Assembly: GCA_964470695.1 (NCBI GenBank)
Contig: CAYYDR010000002.1
Coordinates: 136,401-200,400 of the forward strand
Origin: an uncultured Gammaproteobacteria bacterium
GTDB lineage: Bacteria > Patescibacteriota > Patescibacteriia > Patescibacteriales > UBA12465
Reading direction: 5' to 3'
DNA: 64,000 bases
This document shows, in pieces, positions 1 through 9,233 of the stretch. A model generated the notes under the pieces. That model was not told the DNA's origin. It did not search any database and saw nothing but the letters and a program-made list of their open reading frames with translations. Made by a program: the position numbers and the translations under genes. The first letter of the stretch is position 1. Each line of letters opens with the position of its first letter.

Positions 1-282
1 AGTAAATTGAAAAATTCTTTGTTGCTCGGCAATAAGATTGAGGGGATGAAAATATTTGATCGTCCCGACCTTGACCTCATTAGGCTATCCGACCCCGATA
101 CTGATACCCTTTCTTTTATAGGCACAAAAGACATGGCCAAGAATATAAAGACGGAAATGAAAAAAACTTGAGTCATTAGGACGGCAACGGCGACTAAAGT
201 GTTAAAAGACAGTGATTTAGTAGACGTTGATGCTAATAAGGGAATAGTTAAAATATTAAAAAAACCATATGGAAGACTTTAG
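1..282 (+). pseudogene. Degenerate PEP-utilising-enzyme swivel-domain remnant, 5' end off-window, interrupted by in-frame TGA at 169-171
   Basis: Frame +1 reads ...SFIGTKDMAKNIKTEMKKT*VIRTATATKVLKDSDLVDVDANKGIVKILKKPYGRL*. The tail aligns with the C-terminus of the 1640..2653 product (REMNKPCIIATQCSTKMLKDGDRVEVDANKGIVRKLS). The stop falls where the paralog has Cys, and the phospho-His position is not conserved. Confidence 0.4.
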
Positions 283-1063
283 TCCAATCACAAAATTTTT
301 AATTCAGCTATCAGAAGAAGCCGATAAAATAATGCTCAAGTATTATTCTCCGGCGGGTGTTCATATTGAAGCTAAGGCTGATAAATCGCCAGTCACTGAA
401 GCCGACATGGAAATAAACCGAATGGTTATAGAAAAGGTAAAAAAAAATTATCCTGATTATGAAGTTTTAGCGGAGGAGATATCTACGGATATTAGTAAGT
501 CAAATCAGTTATTTGTGGTTGATCCTTTAGATGGAACGCAAATGTTTGCTATTGGCGCACCCATGTTTGGATTTTCGGCTGCCGTAGTTAAAGATGGCCG
601 CAGTGTCGCTGGCGTGTTAACAAATCCTTTAGCGAAAAGAACGCTGGTGGCGGAATATGGTAAAGGGGCATATTTAGTTCAAACAAATACCAGAATAAGA
701 GTTAGTGAAAAAGATACCTTAGACAAAGCAATCGTTAATTCTGGCTGGAAAGACAGCCGGGTTTCCGGACTACTTCATAAAAATGGCGCCCGGACACCGG
801 TAGTATATTCGGTCTGTGAAGCGGCATCGCTAGTAGCCATGGGTGGCTTTGATGGAGTTATATTCACTGGCCATTTCCCTCATGATGTTGCTGCCTTGAA
901 AATAGTTGTGGAAGAGGCGGGCGGAAAAGTTACTAATATTTTTGGGGACGAACAGCGATATGATCAGAATGTTCGCGGAGCCATAATATCTAATAGTAAA
1001 TTGTACAAACAGTTACTTGAAATAGTTAATGAGTCGGGGATATTAAGTGATTTTTCTATATGA
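269..1063 (+). CDS. Inositol monophosphatase / FBPase-family phosphatase
   Basis: 264-aa ORF. LFVVDPLDGTQMF matches the family metal-binding motif xVDPxDGTxxF. Size is typical. Confidence 0.85.
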   Translation: MEDFSPITKFLIQLSEEADKIMLKYYSPAGVHIEAKADKSPVTEADMEINRMVIEKVKKNYPDYEVLAEEISTDISKSNQLFVVDPLDGTQMFAIGAPMFGFSAAVVKDGRSVAGVLTNPLAKRTLVAEYGKGAYLVQTNTRIRVSEKDTLDKAIVNSGWKDSRVSGLLHKNGARTPVVYSVCEAASLVAMGGFDGVIFTGHFPHDVAALKIVVEEAGGKVTNIFGDEQRYDQNVRGAIISNSKLYKQLLEIVNESGILSDFSI

Positions 1064-1127
1064 ACATAAGAAAAGCCCAACAAGACGACTATAACGGATT
1101 AATGGATCTATATAATTTATAACATTA

Positions 1128-1643
1128 ATGAAAGATCGCGCAATTAACAAGACTAAATTTTTTATAGCCAGTTTAGCCTCAGCTTATTTTCTGTATTATG
1201 CTCTATCGTATACGGATTGGCATTTTATTGATAGCGCAAATTTATTTATTCATGAGGCAGGGCACTTTATTTTTATGCCGCTAGGCAGATTTATGGAGCT
1301 ACTGGGCGGATCTTTGGCTCAGGTCTTATTGCCGGCAGTCTTCGTAATTTATTTTTACGGCCAGCAGCAATATTTTTCCGCCTCGCTAGTATTATTTTGG
1401 GTGGGTCAAAATATTATTAATGTTTCGGTCTATGCTTCTGATGCAATATTTATGAGATTGCCGCTAATAGGAGGGCCCGATGTCTTACATGACTGGAATA
1501 ATATTTTACAAATGCTGGGAATACTAGAATATACAAAAATAATTGGGGTGGGTATTTATATTTTAGGTTTAATAGTGATTTTAAGCGCCATTTATTCTTC
1601 TTTTTATTATTCATTATCTAGAAACACTCCGCTATCGTTATGA
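1128..1643 (+). CDS. Hypothetical polytopic membrane protein
   Basis: 171-aa ORF with several hydrophobic segments. Its stop overlaps the next start (ATGA), suggesting operon coupling. No recognisable motif. Confidence 0.55.
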   Translation: MKDRAINKTKFFIASLASAYFLYYALSYTDWHFIDSANLFIHEAGHFIFMPLGRFMELLGGSLAQVLLPAVFVIYFYGQQQYFSASLVLFWVGQNIINVSVYASDAIFMRLPLIGGPDVLHDWNNILQMLGILEYTKIIGVGIYILGLIVILSAIYSSFYYSLSRNTPLSL

Positions 1644-2653
1644 AAAATAAAAATGTTTTTCAAAAAACATATACACGGGACACGACTCTGATTATTCAGC
1701 AGCTTTGGGTTAATGTTTATAACAATCTTGAGCAATTTGGGTTTAGAATTTCTTCATCGCCCGTTGTGGTTGATTATATTAATAATGGAATCATTGAAAT
1801 TTGGGAAAATATTTCTGAAATTAATAATGTTAAGAAAAAATTAATAAATTTTTGCCGCCGTCATCCCCGGAGGGCACTCGCTTTATTAAATAGTTATGAG
1901 AGAGAAATAAAAAAATTAGAAAAGGTCTGGCAGCGGGGCGGATTCAATACTAAAAAAGAGTTAAGAAAATTTATAGCTAAGATATCTGATTTAGTAGCGG
2001 GGGATTTATTTATTTGTTTTATTGGTGAAGAGGCGCGGTTAACGGGCCGAGTAAAAGATAAGGCCGCCAAATTGCGATCAGAGGACCATTTTTTTGTCAG
2101 CAATAACTCGGTTATTAAAAAATCTTTAATTAAGATTTTTCCTAAACTAAGAGCTTATGTTAATGTTTTTCGCTTAGAAGATATAGATAATCCCCCTGGT
2201 CTAAAAGACTGTCGCCAAAGATTCGCTAATTTTATTTGGGCTTCTGATGGTTATAATCGTATTCAGAGCTTGAAAGATTATTCTCATGGCCGTAAAATGG
2301 TATTTCAAGAAAATAGGGTTAAATTTACGAAACTAGGCCTAAGGGGACGGATAGCTAATAAGGGGGTAGCCGTTGGCCGGGCTAAAATTATATTTTCGGT
2401 TAGAGATCTAAAAAAAGTTAAATCAGGGGATATTATAGTTTCGCCGATGACTACGGCGGACATGATGCCGGCTATTAAGAGGGCAGCAGGGATTATTACT
2501 GATGAAGGGGGAATAATTTGCCATGCGGCTATAATCGCGCGGGAGATGAATAAGCCATGTATTATAGCGACCCAATGTTCTACTAAGATGTTAAAAGACG
2601 GTGACCGAGTGGAAGTAGACGCTAATAAAGGAATAGTTAGGAAATTATCATAA
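1640..2653 (+). CDS. PEP-utilising enzyme mobile (swivel) domain protein
   Basis: The C-terminal ~90 aa, GDIIVSPMTTADMMPAIKRAAGIITDEGGIICHAAIIAREMNKPCI, is the phosphohistidine swivel-domain signature (GGxxxHAAIxARE). The N-terminal ~230 aa is unassigned. Confidence 0.75.
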   Translation: MKNKNVFQKTYTRDTTLIIQQLWVNVYNNLEQFGFRISSSPVVVDYINNGIIEIWENISEINNVKKKLINFCRRHPRRALALLNSYEREIKKLEKVWQRGGFNTKKELRKFIAKISDLVAGDLFICFIGEEARLTGRVKDKAAKLRSEDHFFVSNNSVIKKSLIKIFPKLRAYVNVFRLEDIDNPPGLKDCRQRFANFIWASDGYNRIQSLKDYSHGRKMVFQENRVKFTKLGLRGRIANKGVAVGRAKIIFSVRDLKKVKSGDIIVSPMTTADMMPAIKRAAGIITDEGGIICHAAIIAREMNKPCIIATQCSTKMLKDGDRVEVDANKGIVRKLS

Positions 2654-2659
2654 AATTAT

Positions 2660-3130
2660 ATGCCGCATATCCATGACAAAATAGATTTTACCGTAGAAGT
2701 CTTTATTGTCTACAAAAATAAGGTATTGCTTCGGAAGCATGATAAATATAAAATCTGGCTGAGCGTCGGCGGACATATTGAGTTACATGAGGATCCTAAT
2801 GAGGCCGCGGTGAGGGAAGTCAAAGAAGAGGTCGGGCTTGATATTAATCTAGCTGGCAAAGTAATAAATTTTAAAGATTCGGATGGTTATAAAGAATTAA
2901 TACCGCCTAAATTTTTAAATCGGCACAGAATTAATGATGCGCATGAGCATGTTACGATGGTTTATTTTGCGCTTGCTAAGAACGATGAAGTTAATCCAGG
3001 TAAAAAAGAAACAAAAGATGATATTCGTTGGTTTACTTTGGAAGAACTGACTGATAAGAGCTATGGCATAGCAGAGAGCATTAAATATTGTGCTCAGCAG
3101 GCGTTAGAAGAGCTGGGAGAGGAGCTTTAG
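2660..3130 (+). CDS. Nudix hydrolase
   Basis: GGHIELHEDPNEAAVREVKEEVGL fits the Nudix box Gx5Ex7REUxEExGU exactly. Confidence 0.9.
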   Translation: MPHIHDKIDFTVEVFIVYKNKVLLRKHDKYKIWLSVGGHIELHEDPNEAAVREVKEEVGLDINLAGKVINFKDSDGYKELIPPKFLNRHRINDAHEHVTMVYFALAKNDEVNPGKKETKDDIRWFTLEELTDKSYGIAESIKYCAQQALEELGEEL

Positions 3131-3195
3131 CTTATTTATGCTATAATAAAAGCAATTGCTTTTATAAAGAGTCTTTTTTATCTTGGCTAATATAT

Positions 3196-5001
3196 ATGGT
3201 TAAACGTAAAAAAACAAAATTAATTTGGTTGGGCATCGGACTAATAATAGTGCTTATTATAGTTGTATCTTTAATTTTTAAGCCTAAGCCCCAGCCGGTT
3301 TATACTACAGTAGATTTAAAGCAGGGGACCTTAATCCAGACCGTAACTGAAGTTGGCACGGTTAAGGCCAGTAAAGAACTGGAGTTAAATTTCGCGGCGA
3401 CCGGACGAGTTAATAAGGTTTCAGCTAAAGTCGGCGATACGGTTAAGGCCGGCCAGGTTTTAATGGAGCTGGACCTCAGCCCTTTGTTATTAAGAGAAAA
3501 AGAGGCCTCATCTAGCCTAGAAGTCGCCCGGGCTAATTTAAATAAATTATTAGCTGGCGCTACTCCACAGGAGATAGCAATCGCGGAAGGCCAATTGAGC
3601 CAAGCTAAATCATCTTATCAGGCGGCGACCGAAGATTTACAGAAAGCACGCGAGTCCGCTGCCGAGAATATCAGCCAGGCGACCAAAAAATTAGCGGATT
3701 TAGAATCTAGCGATAGTATTAATATTACGCCCGCTGAGCAGGCCGTTTTGAGCGCCCAGGTTAATTTGGATAATATTAAAAGCAGTACCCAGCAGGCGAT
3801 TGAAAATAGCCGCTATAATGTTTTGGTAACGGCTGAGGCGCGCATTTCCACCGGAAATAACGCGATAGATTATGTTAACCGGCTTCTTAGTGATAATGAT
3901 TTAGATAATACTTTCAGTAATAAAAATACGACTTTTGAGACTAAGACCAAGGAAGCTTATAATGCGGCCCAGCTATTAAGAACAAAAGCTAATAGCGCTT
4001 TAGCGGCGGCTAAAATAGAATCAAACGAAGCTAATTTAAAATCTTTAGCTACGGCGACTCTGGATTATTTAGACAGCGTCTTTAAGGCAGTTAATAATTG
4101 CGCTAGCGCCTTAGAAAATACGACTACTTCTTCATCGCTATCTCAGACCACTCTTGATTCTTATAAAACTAATATTAATGCTAATTTAACCGCGGTTAAT
4201 ACTGGCATTAGCGCGGTTCAAGCGGCTGATTATAGTTTCCGTAACGCCGTTTTATCGGCCAGTAATAGTTTAGCTTCGGCTAACGATGCTTTAGCGGCAG
4301 CTAAAGTAGCTCTTAACGACGCAATTAAATCGGCCCGCAATCTTTTAAATTCCGCCAAGATAAATGGGGATAGCCAGATTACTCAGGCGCAAGCTAAGGC
4401 CGTTAGTGCTCAAGAGAGTTGGGGCTTAGCGCAGAAACAGCTCAATAAAATTAAGGCTAAAGCGCGTCAAGAAGATATTGATTTAGCCTCCGCTCAGGTC
4501 AGCCAGGCGAGCGCCAGTTTGGATTTAATTAAGAAACAGGAAGCGGATAGCCAGATTACCGCGCCGATAGACGGCCAAATCTCTAAAATTAATTATGAGG
4601 TCGGCGAACAAGTCGCTACTAAGGCCGCCTTGGCGATGCTAACTGATAATAACTTTGAAGTAGAAGTGGATATTTCTGAAACGGATATTTTTAAAGTCCA
4701 TTTAAATGATAAGGCCAGCCTTACTTTTGACGCCTTCGGCGAATCTAGAGCTTTTAACGGCCAGGTTTATTTTATTGAGCCAGCCTCTACCGTTATTCAG
4801 GATGTTATTTATTATAAAATTAAAATTAAGCTAACCGATGCCCTTGATAAATTAGCGGATATTAAGCCGGGTATGACGGCTAACGTAACTATTACGACTA
4901 ATAAGAAAGATAATGTCTGGCTAGCGCCGACGCGGGCGATTATTGATAAAAATGGGTCTGGTAAATTTATTCGTCTTTTATCAGACACTCAGCAAGTCTA
5001 G
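3196..5001 (+). CDS. HlyD/MacA-family periplasmic adaptor with a very long coiled-coil, ending at an in-frame TAG
   Basis: Likely start is MVKRKKTKLIWLGIG (TM anchor), not the 3088 start of the ORF track. It has a barrel-sandwich N-terminal part (VGTVKASKELELNFAATGRVNKVSAKVGDTVKAGQVLMELD), long Ala/Gln/Ser-rich helical repeats, and a lipoyl/beta-barrel C-terminal part (ITAPIDGQISKINYEVGE). It sits upstream of ABC ATPase and FtsX permease genes. Confidence 0.75.
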   Translation: MVKRKKTKLIWLGIGLIIVLIIVVSLIFKPKPQPVYTTVDLKQGTLIQTVTEVGTVKASKELELNFAATGRVNKVSAKVGDTVKAGQVLMELDLSPLLLREKEASSSLEVARANLNKLLAGATPQEIAIAEGQLSQAKSSYQAATEDLQKARESAAENISQATKKLADLESSDSINITPAEQAVLSAQVNLDNIKSSTQQAIENSRYNVLVTAEARISTGNNAIDYVNRLLSDNDLDNTFSNKNTTFETKTKEAYNAAQLLRTKANSALAAAKIESNEANLKSLATATLDYLDSVFKAVNNCASALENTTTSSSLSQTTLDSYKTNINANLTAVNTGISAVQAADYSFRNAVLSASNSLASANDALAAAKVALNDAIKSARNLLNSAKINGDSQITQAQAKAVSAQESWGLAQKQLNKIKAKARQEDIDLASAQVSQASASLDLIKKQEADSQITAPIDGQISKINYEVGEQVATKAALAMLTDNNFEVEVDISETDIFKVHLNDKASLTFDAFGESRAFNGQVYFIEPASTVIQDVIYYKIKIKLTDALDKLADIKPGMTANVTITTNKKDNVWLAPTRAIIDKNGSGKFIRLLSDTQQV

Positions 5002-5127
5002 GAAGTTCCGGTTAAAGTTGGCCTATCGGGCGACGAGGGTATGTCAGAAATTAGCGGCGATGGGCTAGTTGCCGGACAAAAGGTAATTACTTTTATTAAA
5101 GAGGCGGCTACGACTACAGCTAAATAA
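5002..5127 (+). other. In-frame continuation of the adaptor ORF after the TAG (42 codons)
   Basis: The same frame continues as EVPVKVGLSGDEGMSEISGDGLVAGQKVITFIKEAATTTAK*. This resembles the usual adaptor C-terminus (V.V..G..D...EI.SGL..G..V). Confidence 0.5.
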
Positions 5128-5134
5128 GTTTGGT

Positions 5135-5848
5135 ATGTTAATTGAAGTAAAAAATTTAGTTAAAGACTATCAGAGTGACGAAGTAGTTACCTCTGTTTTG
5201 CATGGGTTAGATTTTTCCATTGAAAAAGGGGAATTCGTTTCTATTATGGGTCCCTCGGGTTCGGGCAAATCAACTTTAATGCATATTCTCGGCCTGCTAG
5301 ACCGGCCATCTAGCGGACAATATTTACTGGATGGCAAGGACGTGACTAATTTAGATGATGCTGAGCTGGCACGGCTAAGAAATAAAAAAATTGGCTTTGT
5401 TTTTCAGTCCTTTAATCTTCTGCCTCGGACTACGGTTTTAGAGAACGTTAAGCTGCCTTTGATTTATTCGGATAATAAACATAATCCGGATAACCGAGCG
5501 CGCGCGGTACTAGAGAGCGTCGGACTAGGCCATCGTTTGGAATATTATACTAATCAGATTTCGGGCGGGGAGAAGCAGCGGGTCGCCATTGCGCGGGCCC
5601 TAGTTAATCATCCTTCGGTTATTTTTGCAGATGAGCCGACTGGTAATCTTGACTCTAAGTCGGGCGTCCAAATTATGGAAATACTACAGCGTTTAAACGA
5701 GGAAGGAAATACTATTATTCTCGTTACTCACGAGACTTTTACAGCCGAACATGCGGCGCGGATTATTAAAATCAGAGATGGCCATATCGTCAGCGATGAG
5801 CCGGTCAAACATCGCCGTTCCGCTTCGGATGGGGAATTTTTGAAATAA
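5135..5848 (+). CDS. ABC transporter ATP-binding protein (MacB/LolD/FtsE-like)
   Basis: Walker A GPSGSGKST, signature ISGGEKQRVAIARAL and Walker B VIFADEPTGNLD. It precedes FtsX-type permeases. Confidence 0.9.
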   Translation: MLIEVKNLVKDYQSDEVVTSVLHGLDFSIEKGEFVSIMGPSGSGKSTLMHILGLLDRPSSGQYLLDGKDVTNLDDAELARLRNKKIGFVFQSFNLLPRTTVLENVKLPLIYSDNKHNPDNRARAVLESVGLGHRLEYYTNQISGGEKQRVAIARALVNHPSVIFADEPTGNLDSKSGVQIMEILQRLNEEGNTIILVTHETFTAEHAARIIKIRDGHIVSDEPVKHRRSASDGEFLK

Positions 5849-5860
5849 GAAAATTAATTT

Positions 5861-7105
5861 ATGTTGCCGCTCAAGCAATCAATCCGTATTTCCTGGACTG
5901 CGCTTCTAGCTAATAAGGTTAGAAGTTTTTTAACTATGCTTGGTATTATCATTGGCGTCGGAGCGGTTGTTTTAATAATGTCACTGGGCTCGGGCGCGCA
6001 AAGTCTAATTCTTGATCAAGTAAAAAGCTTGGGCAGTAATTTAATTGGCATTATGCCGGGGCAATCAGAAGCGAACGGGCCGCCTGCCTCCGCTATGGGC
6101 ATCCAAATTACGACTTTGGTGCGTGATGATTTAGAGGCAATTAGAAAAAGAGTGCCGGACATTGTCGGCGCGACTGGTTATTCCCAAGGGTTAGCCACGG
6201 CGAGCTGGCTATCTAATAGTTATGAAGCGAATATTAATGGCTGTTCCATTGATTATCTTAAAGTAGAGGGCGGCGAAGTTGCTGCGGGACGGTTTTTTTC
6301 TAATGATGAGGACCAGGGACTGGCTAAGGTCGCGGTCTTAGGCGCGGGAATAAAAAAGGAATTATTCGGTGACTCGGATCCGCTAGGCCGGCAGATTCGG
6401 GTTAAGAAACAATCCTTTGAAGTTATCGGCGTAATGAAGGAAAGAGGCAAGGTTTTATTTGTTGATTATGATAACCAGATTTATATTCCCCTCAAAGCAG
6501 CCCAGAAATTAATTAACGGCGTTAATCATTTAAGCTATATTCGGGTAAAGGCGGCCGATGAAAAAGCTATTGATCAAGTTATTACCGACGTAAAAGCAGT
6601 GTTGCGCGATCAGCACGATATTAAAGACAGCTCTGGGCAAGAAGATGATTTTTCGGTGCGTAGCATGGCCCAGGCCCTAGATATGTTAACGGTTATTACT
6701 AATGCTTTAAAATTTTTCTTGATTGCGATGGCGGCGATTTCCTTGGTCGTTGGCGGGATTGGCATTATGAACATAATGCTTATTAGCGTTAATGAGCGAA
6801 CCAGAGAAATTGGTCTGCGCAAGGCCGTGGGCGCGACTAATGGCAATATTATCTGGCAATTTTTATTTGAATCGGTCATGTTAACGCTGCTGGGCGGCCT
6901 AGTTGGTATTATCTTAGGGTCAGCTACGGCTTTTATAGTCGCCTTGGTAATAAATAATTTAGGTTATAACTATAGTTTTATTATTACGCCATCTTCAATT
7001 GTCGCCGCTCTTATTGTTTCAGTTTTGATTGGTTTAATTTTCGGGATATACCCGGCGCGGCGCGCTAGCCGTTTGGAGCCGGTAGAAGCCTTAAGTTATG
7101 AATAA
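5861..7105 (+). CDS. ABC transporter permease, MacB/FtsX family (paralog 1)
   Basis: N-terminal TM, a large extracytoplasmic domain and a C-terminal FtsX-like 3-TM bundle (NERTREIGLRKAVGAT). Confidence 0.85.
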   Translation: MLPLKQSIRISWTALLANKVRSFLTMLGIIIGVGAVVLIMSLGSGAQSLILDQVKSLGSNLIGIMPGQSEANGPPASAMGIQITTLVRDDLEAIRKRVPDIVGATGYSQGLATASWLSNSYEANINGCSIDYLKVEGGEVAAGRFFSNDEDQGLAKVAVLGAGIKKELFGDSDPLGRQIRVKKQSFEVIGVMKERGKVLFVDYDNQIYIPLKAAQKLINGVNHLSYIRVKAADEKAIDQVITDVKAVLRDQHDIKDSSGQEDDFSVRSMAQALDMLTVITNALKFFLIAMAAISLVVGGIGIMNIMLISVNERTREIGLRKAVGATNGNIIWQFLFESVMLTLLGGLVGIILGSATAFIVALVINNLGYNYSFIITPSSIVAALIVSVLIGLIFGIYPARRASRLEPVEALSYE

Positions 7106-8357
7106 GATTATTTCTGCCCTAAAAATTTCTTTGCGGTCAATGCGTTCTAATAAGAGCCGCTCTTTTCTGACGGTTTTAGGAATTATGATTGGCATCGCGA
7201 GCGTCGTGATTGTTTATTCAGCTGGAGAAGGAATAAGAGGGCTTTTAGTCGGCCAGATAGAGGCCTTCGGCACTAATATTATTGAAACAGAAATAAAAAT
7301 TCCGACGGCCAAGAAAGGAACATCAGGAGATACGGAGAGCGCGATGGCCATGGCGGCGGGCGTTCAGGTAACGACGCTTAAAGATAAGGATTTAGAAGAC
7401 ATTAAAAAGATTCCAAATATTACGGAGGGCTACGCGGCGGTTATGGCGCAAGAAAAAGTTACTTATAATAACGAGTCGCGCAAGGCTAATCTGTTCGGAG
7501 TGAGCGGCAGCTTTTTAAGTATTGATAGCGCTAAGGTTGAGACGGGCACATTTTTTACTGAAGAAGATGATAATGCCTTAAGCCAGGTAGCGGTTTTGGG
7601 CAGTAAGATGAAGGAAAAGTTATTCGGCGACTCCGACGCCTTAGGGCGTTATATTTCTATCCGGCAGTCTAAATTTAAAGTAATTGGTGTCATGAAATCA
7701 AAAGGAGCGACTATGGGCATGGATTTTGATGATTATGTTTATGTGCCTATTAAGACTTTGCAAAAGAAAATCATGGGGATAGACTACGCGATGTATATGA
7801 TACATCAGTTTAAAGATCAGAGTTTGGTCTCCGATACGGCTGAGGAAATAAAGCGCGTCTTGCGCCTTAATCATGAAATTACTAATCCGGATAAAGATGA
7901 TTTTCGGGTCGTGACTATGGATGAAATGATGGGCACTCTGGATACGGTCACTGACGCTATGACTTGGCTACTCTTAGGCATCGTGGTTATTTCCCTAGTC
8001 GTAGGCGGGGTGGGAATTTTAAATATTATGTATGTTATTGTGAGCGAACGAACGGCAGAAATCGGTTTGCGTAAAGCAGTCGGGGCTAATTATCGCGATA
8101 TTATGACGCAATTTTTAGTAGAAGCAGTTTTAATTACGATGATTGGCGCGGCGTTAGGCATAATATTTGGGGTCTTAGTAGCCTGGCTTATCGCTTTAGG
8201 CGCTAGTGCGACAGGTTTTTCTTGGCCTTTCCGCGTGCCGCTGCGCGCTTTTGTCGTGTCTATTGTTTTTGCTTTTGTCTCGGGCATTTCTTTCGGCGTT
8301 TATCCGGCTCGGCGGGCGGCGAAAATGGATCCGATTGAGGCACTACGTAAGGAATAA
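7098..8357 (+). CDS. ABC transporter permease, MacB/FtsX family (paralog 2)
   Basis: Same architecture as 5861..7105 (SERTAEIGLRKAVGAN). Overlaps the previous stop by 8 nt. Confidence 0.85.
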   Translation: MNKIISALKISLRSMRSNKSRSFLTVLGIMIGIASVVIVYSAGEGIRGLLVGQIEAFGTNIIETEIKIPTAKKGTSGDTESAMAMAAGVQVTTLKDKDLEDIKKIPNITEGYAAVMAQEKVTYNNESRKANLFGVSGSFLSIDSAKVETGTFFTEEDDNALSQVAVLGSKMKEKLFGDSDALGRYISIRQSKFKVIGVMKSKGATMGMDFDDYVYVPIKTLQKKIMGIDYAMYMIHQFKDQSLVSDTAEEIKRVLRLNHEITNPDKDDFRVVTMDEMMGTLDTVTDAMTWLLLGIVVISLVVGGVGILNIMYVIVSERTAEIGLRKAVGANYRDIMTQFLVEAVLITMIGAALGIIFGVLVAWLIALGASATGFSWPFRVPLRAFVVSIVFAFVSGISFGVYPARRAAKMDPIEALRKE

Positions 8358-8393
8358 ATTATTATTCAGATATAATATTAAATAGCGGTAAAT

Positions 8394-9143
8394 ATGAAAT
8401 ATGAGAATAGAAAAAATAAATATGGTTTGGTAAATTATCTTAGCTTAGGGATAATAGTTTTAGGATTTTTTATTTGGCCGCAAATTAGTCTAGCTGCCGC
8501 TACTAGCAGCCAGACCGCCAAACAAAAAGTTAAGCCTAACATTCTTTTTACAGTCCCCTTTACTTCGCAGGCGCCATTGTTTCAGTGGAAGGATGATAGG
8601 CAGCAAGACGGCTGCGAGGAGGCGTCGGCCTTAATGGCCATGGTCTGGGTTAAAGGCGGAGAGGGCTATTCTAAGCAGGTCTGGCGGGACAAGATTGTCG
8701 GCTTATCGGATTGGGAAAAGAAAAAATACGGCGAGTATCGCGACGTCTCTTTAAAGGATATGGTTGATTGGATATTTAAGGATTATCTAAATTATCAGGG
8801 GGCAGCTATTAAGCCAGTTAAAAGCGCTAGCGATATTTTATTAGAGCTAGAAAAAGGAAATTTGGTTTTAACGCCTATGGATGGGCGAGCTTTAAAAAAT
8901 CCCAATTTCACTGGGGCTGGCCCGGAGCGGCACATGATACTAATTAAGGGTTATGATTATAAAACTAAGCAATTTATTACTAATGACCCGGGAACGCGCA
9001 AAGGGGAGGGGTATCGTTATGATGAGAAGGTTATTTTTAACGCTATTAGGCCTTATAAGACCGGTTATCATTTGCCTTTTGGCCCTCTAAAAAAAGAAAT
9101 GATAGTTGTCTCTAAGATTGTTGCCAGCGCGCCTAAGAAATAA
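8394..9143 (+). CDS. Secreted peptidase C39-like domain protein
   Basis: Signal/TM segment, then VPFTSQAPLFQWKDDRQQDGCEEASALMAMVW, which resembles the C39-like (BtrH-type) N-terminal Cys region. Recalled family pattern only. Confidence 0.5.
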   Translation: MKYENRKNKYGLVNYLSLGIIVLGFFIWPQISLAAATSSQTAKQKVKPNILFTVPFTSQAPLFQWKDDRQQDGCEEASALMAMVWVKGGEGYSKQVWRDKIVGLSDWEKKKYGEYRDVSLKDMVDWIFKDYLNYQGAAIKPVKSASDILLELEKGNLVLTPMDGRALKNPNFTGAGPERHMILIKGYDYKTKQFITNDPGTRKGEGYRYDEKVIFNAIRPYKTGYHLPFGPLKKEMIVVSKIVASAPKK

Positions 9144-9176
9144 AATATAATTAAATTAAAATAAATAAATTTTGAT

Positions 9177-9205
9177 AAAAAAAACAGGGGTAACCCTGTT
9201 TTTTG
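9177..9205. terminator. Bidirectional intrinsic terminator between convergent genes
   Basis: aaaaaaaaCAGGGgtaaCCCTGtttttt: a GC stem flanked by A-run and T-run. Confidence 0.6.
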
Positions 9206-9233
9206 TTTATGGTAGGGAGTATTTTAGTTTAGG

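Noticed and set aside
169-171. UGA recoding (an alternative genetic code, or selenocysteine, because the TGA aligns with Cys of a paralog).
   Set aside because: - Many well-supported genes here terminate at TGA (for example 1061-1063 and 1641-1643), so the code is standard.
- The aligned Cys is not a catalytic residue and the domain has also lost its His.
- I could not find a convincing SECIS-like hairpin immediately downstream.
8394-9143. The C39-like peptidase, HlyD adaptor and ABC transporter together as a bacteriocin/peptide export locus.
   Set aside because: The C39-like domain is on a separate protein with its own signal/TM segment, not fused to the ABC transporter. The permeases are MacB/FtsX-type rather than bacteriocin exporters, and no precursor peptide with a double-glycine leader was seen.
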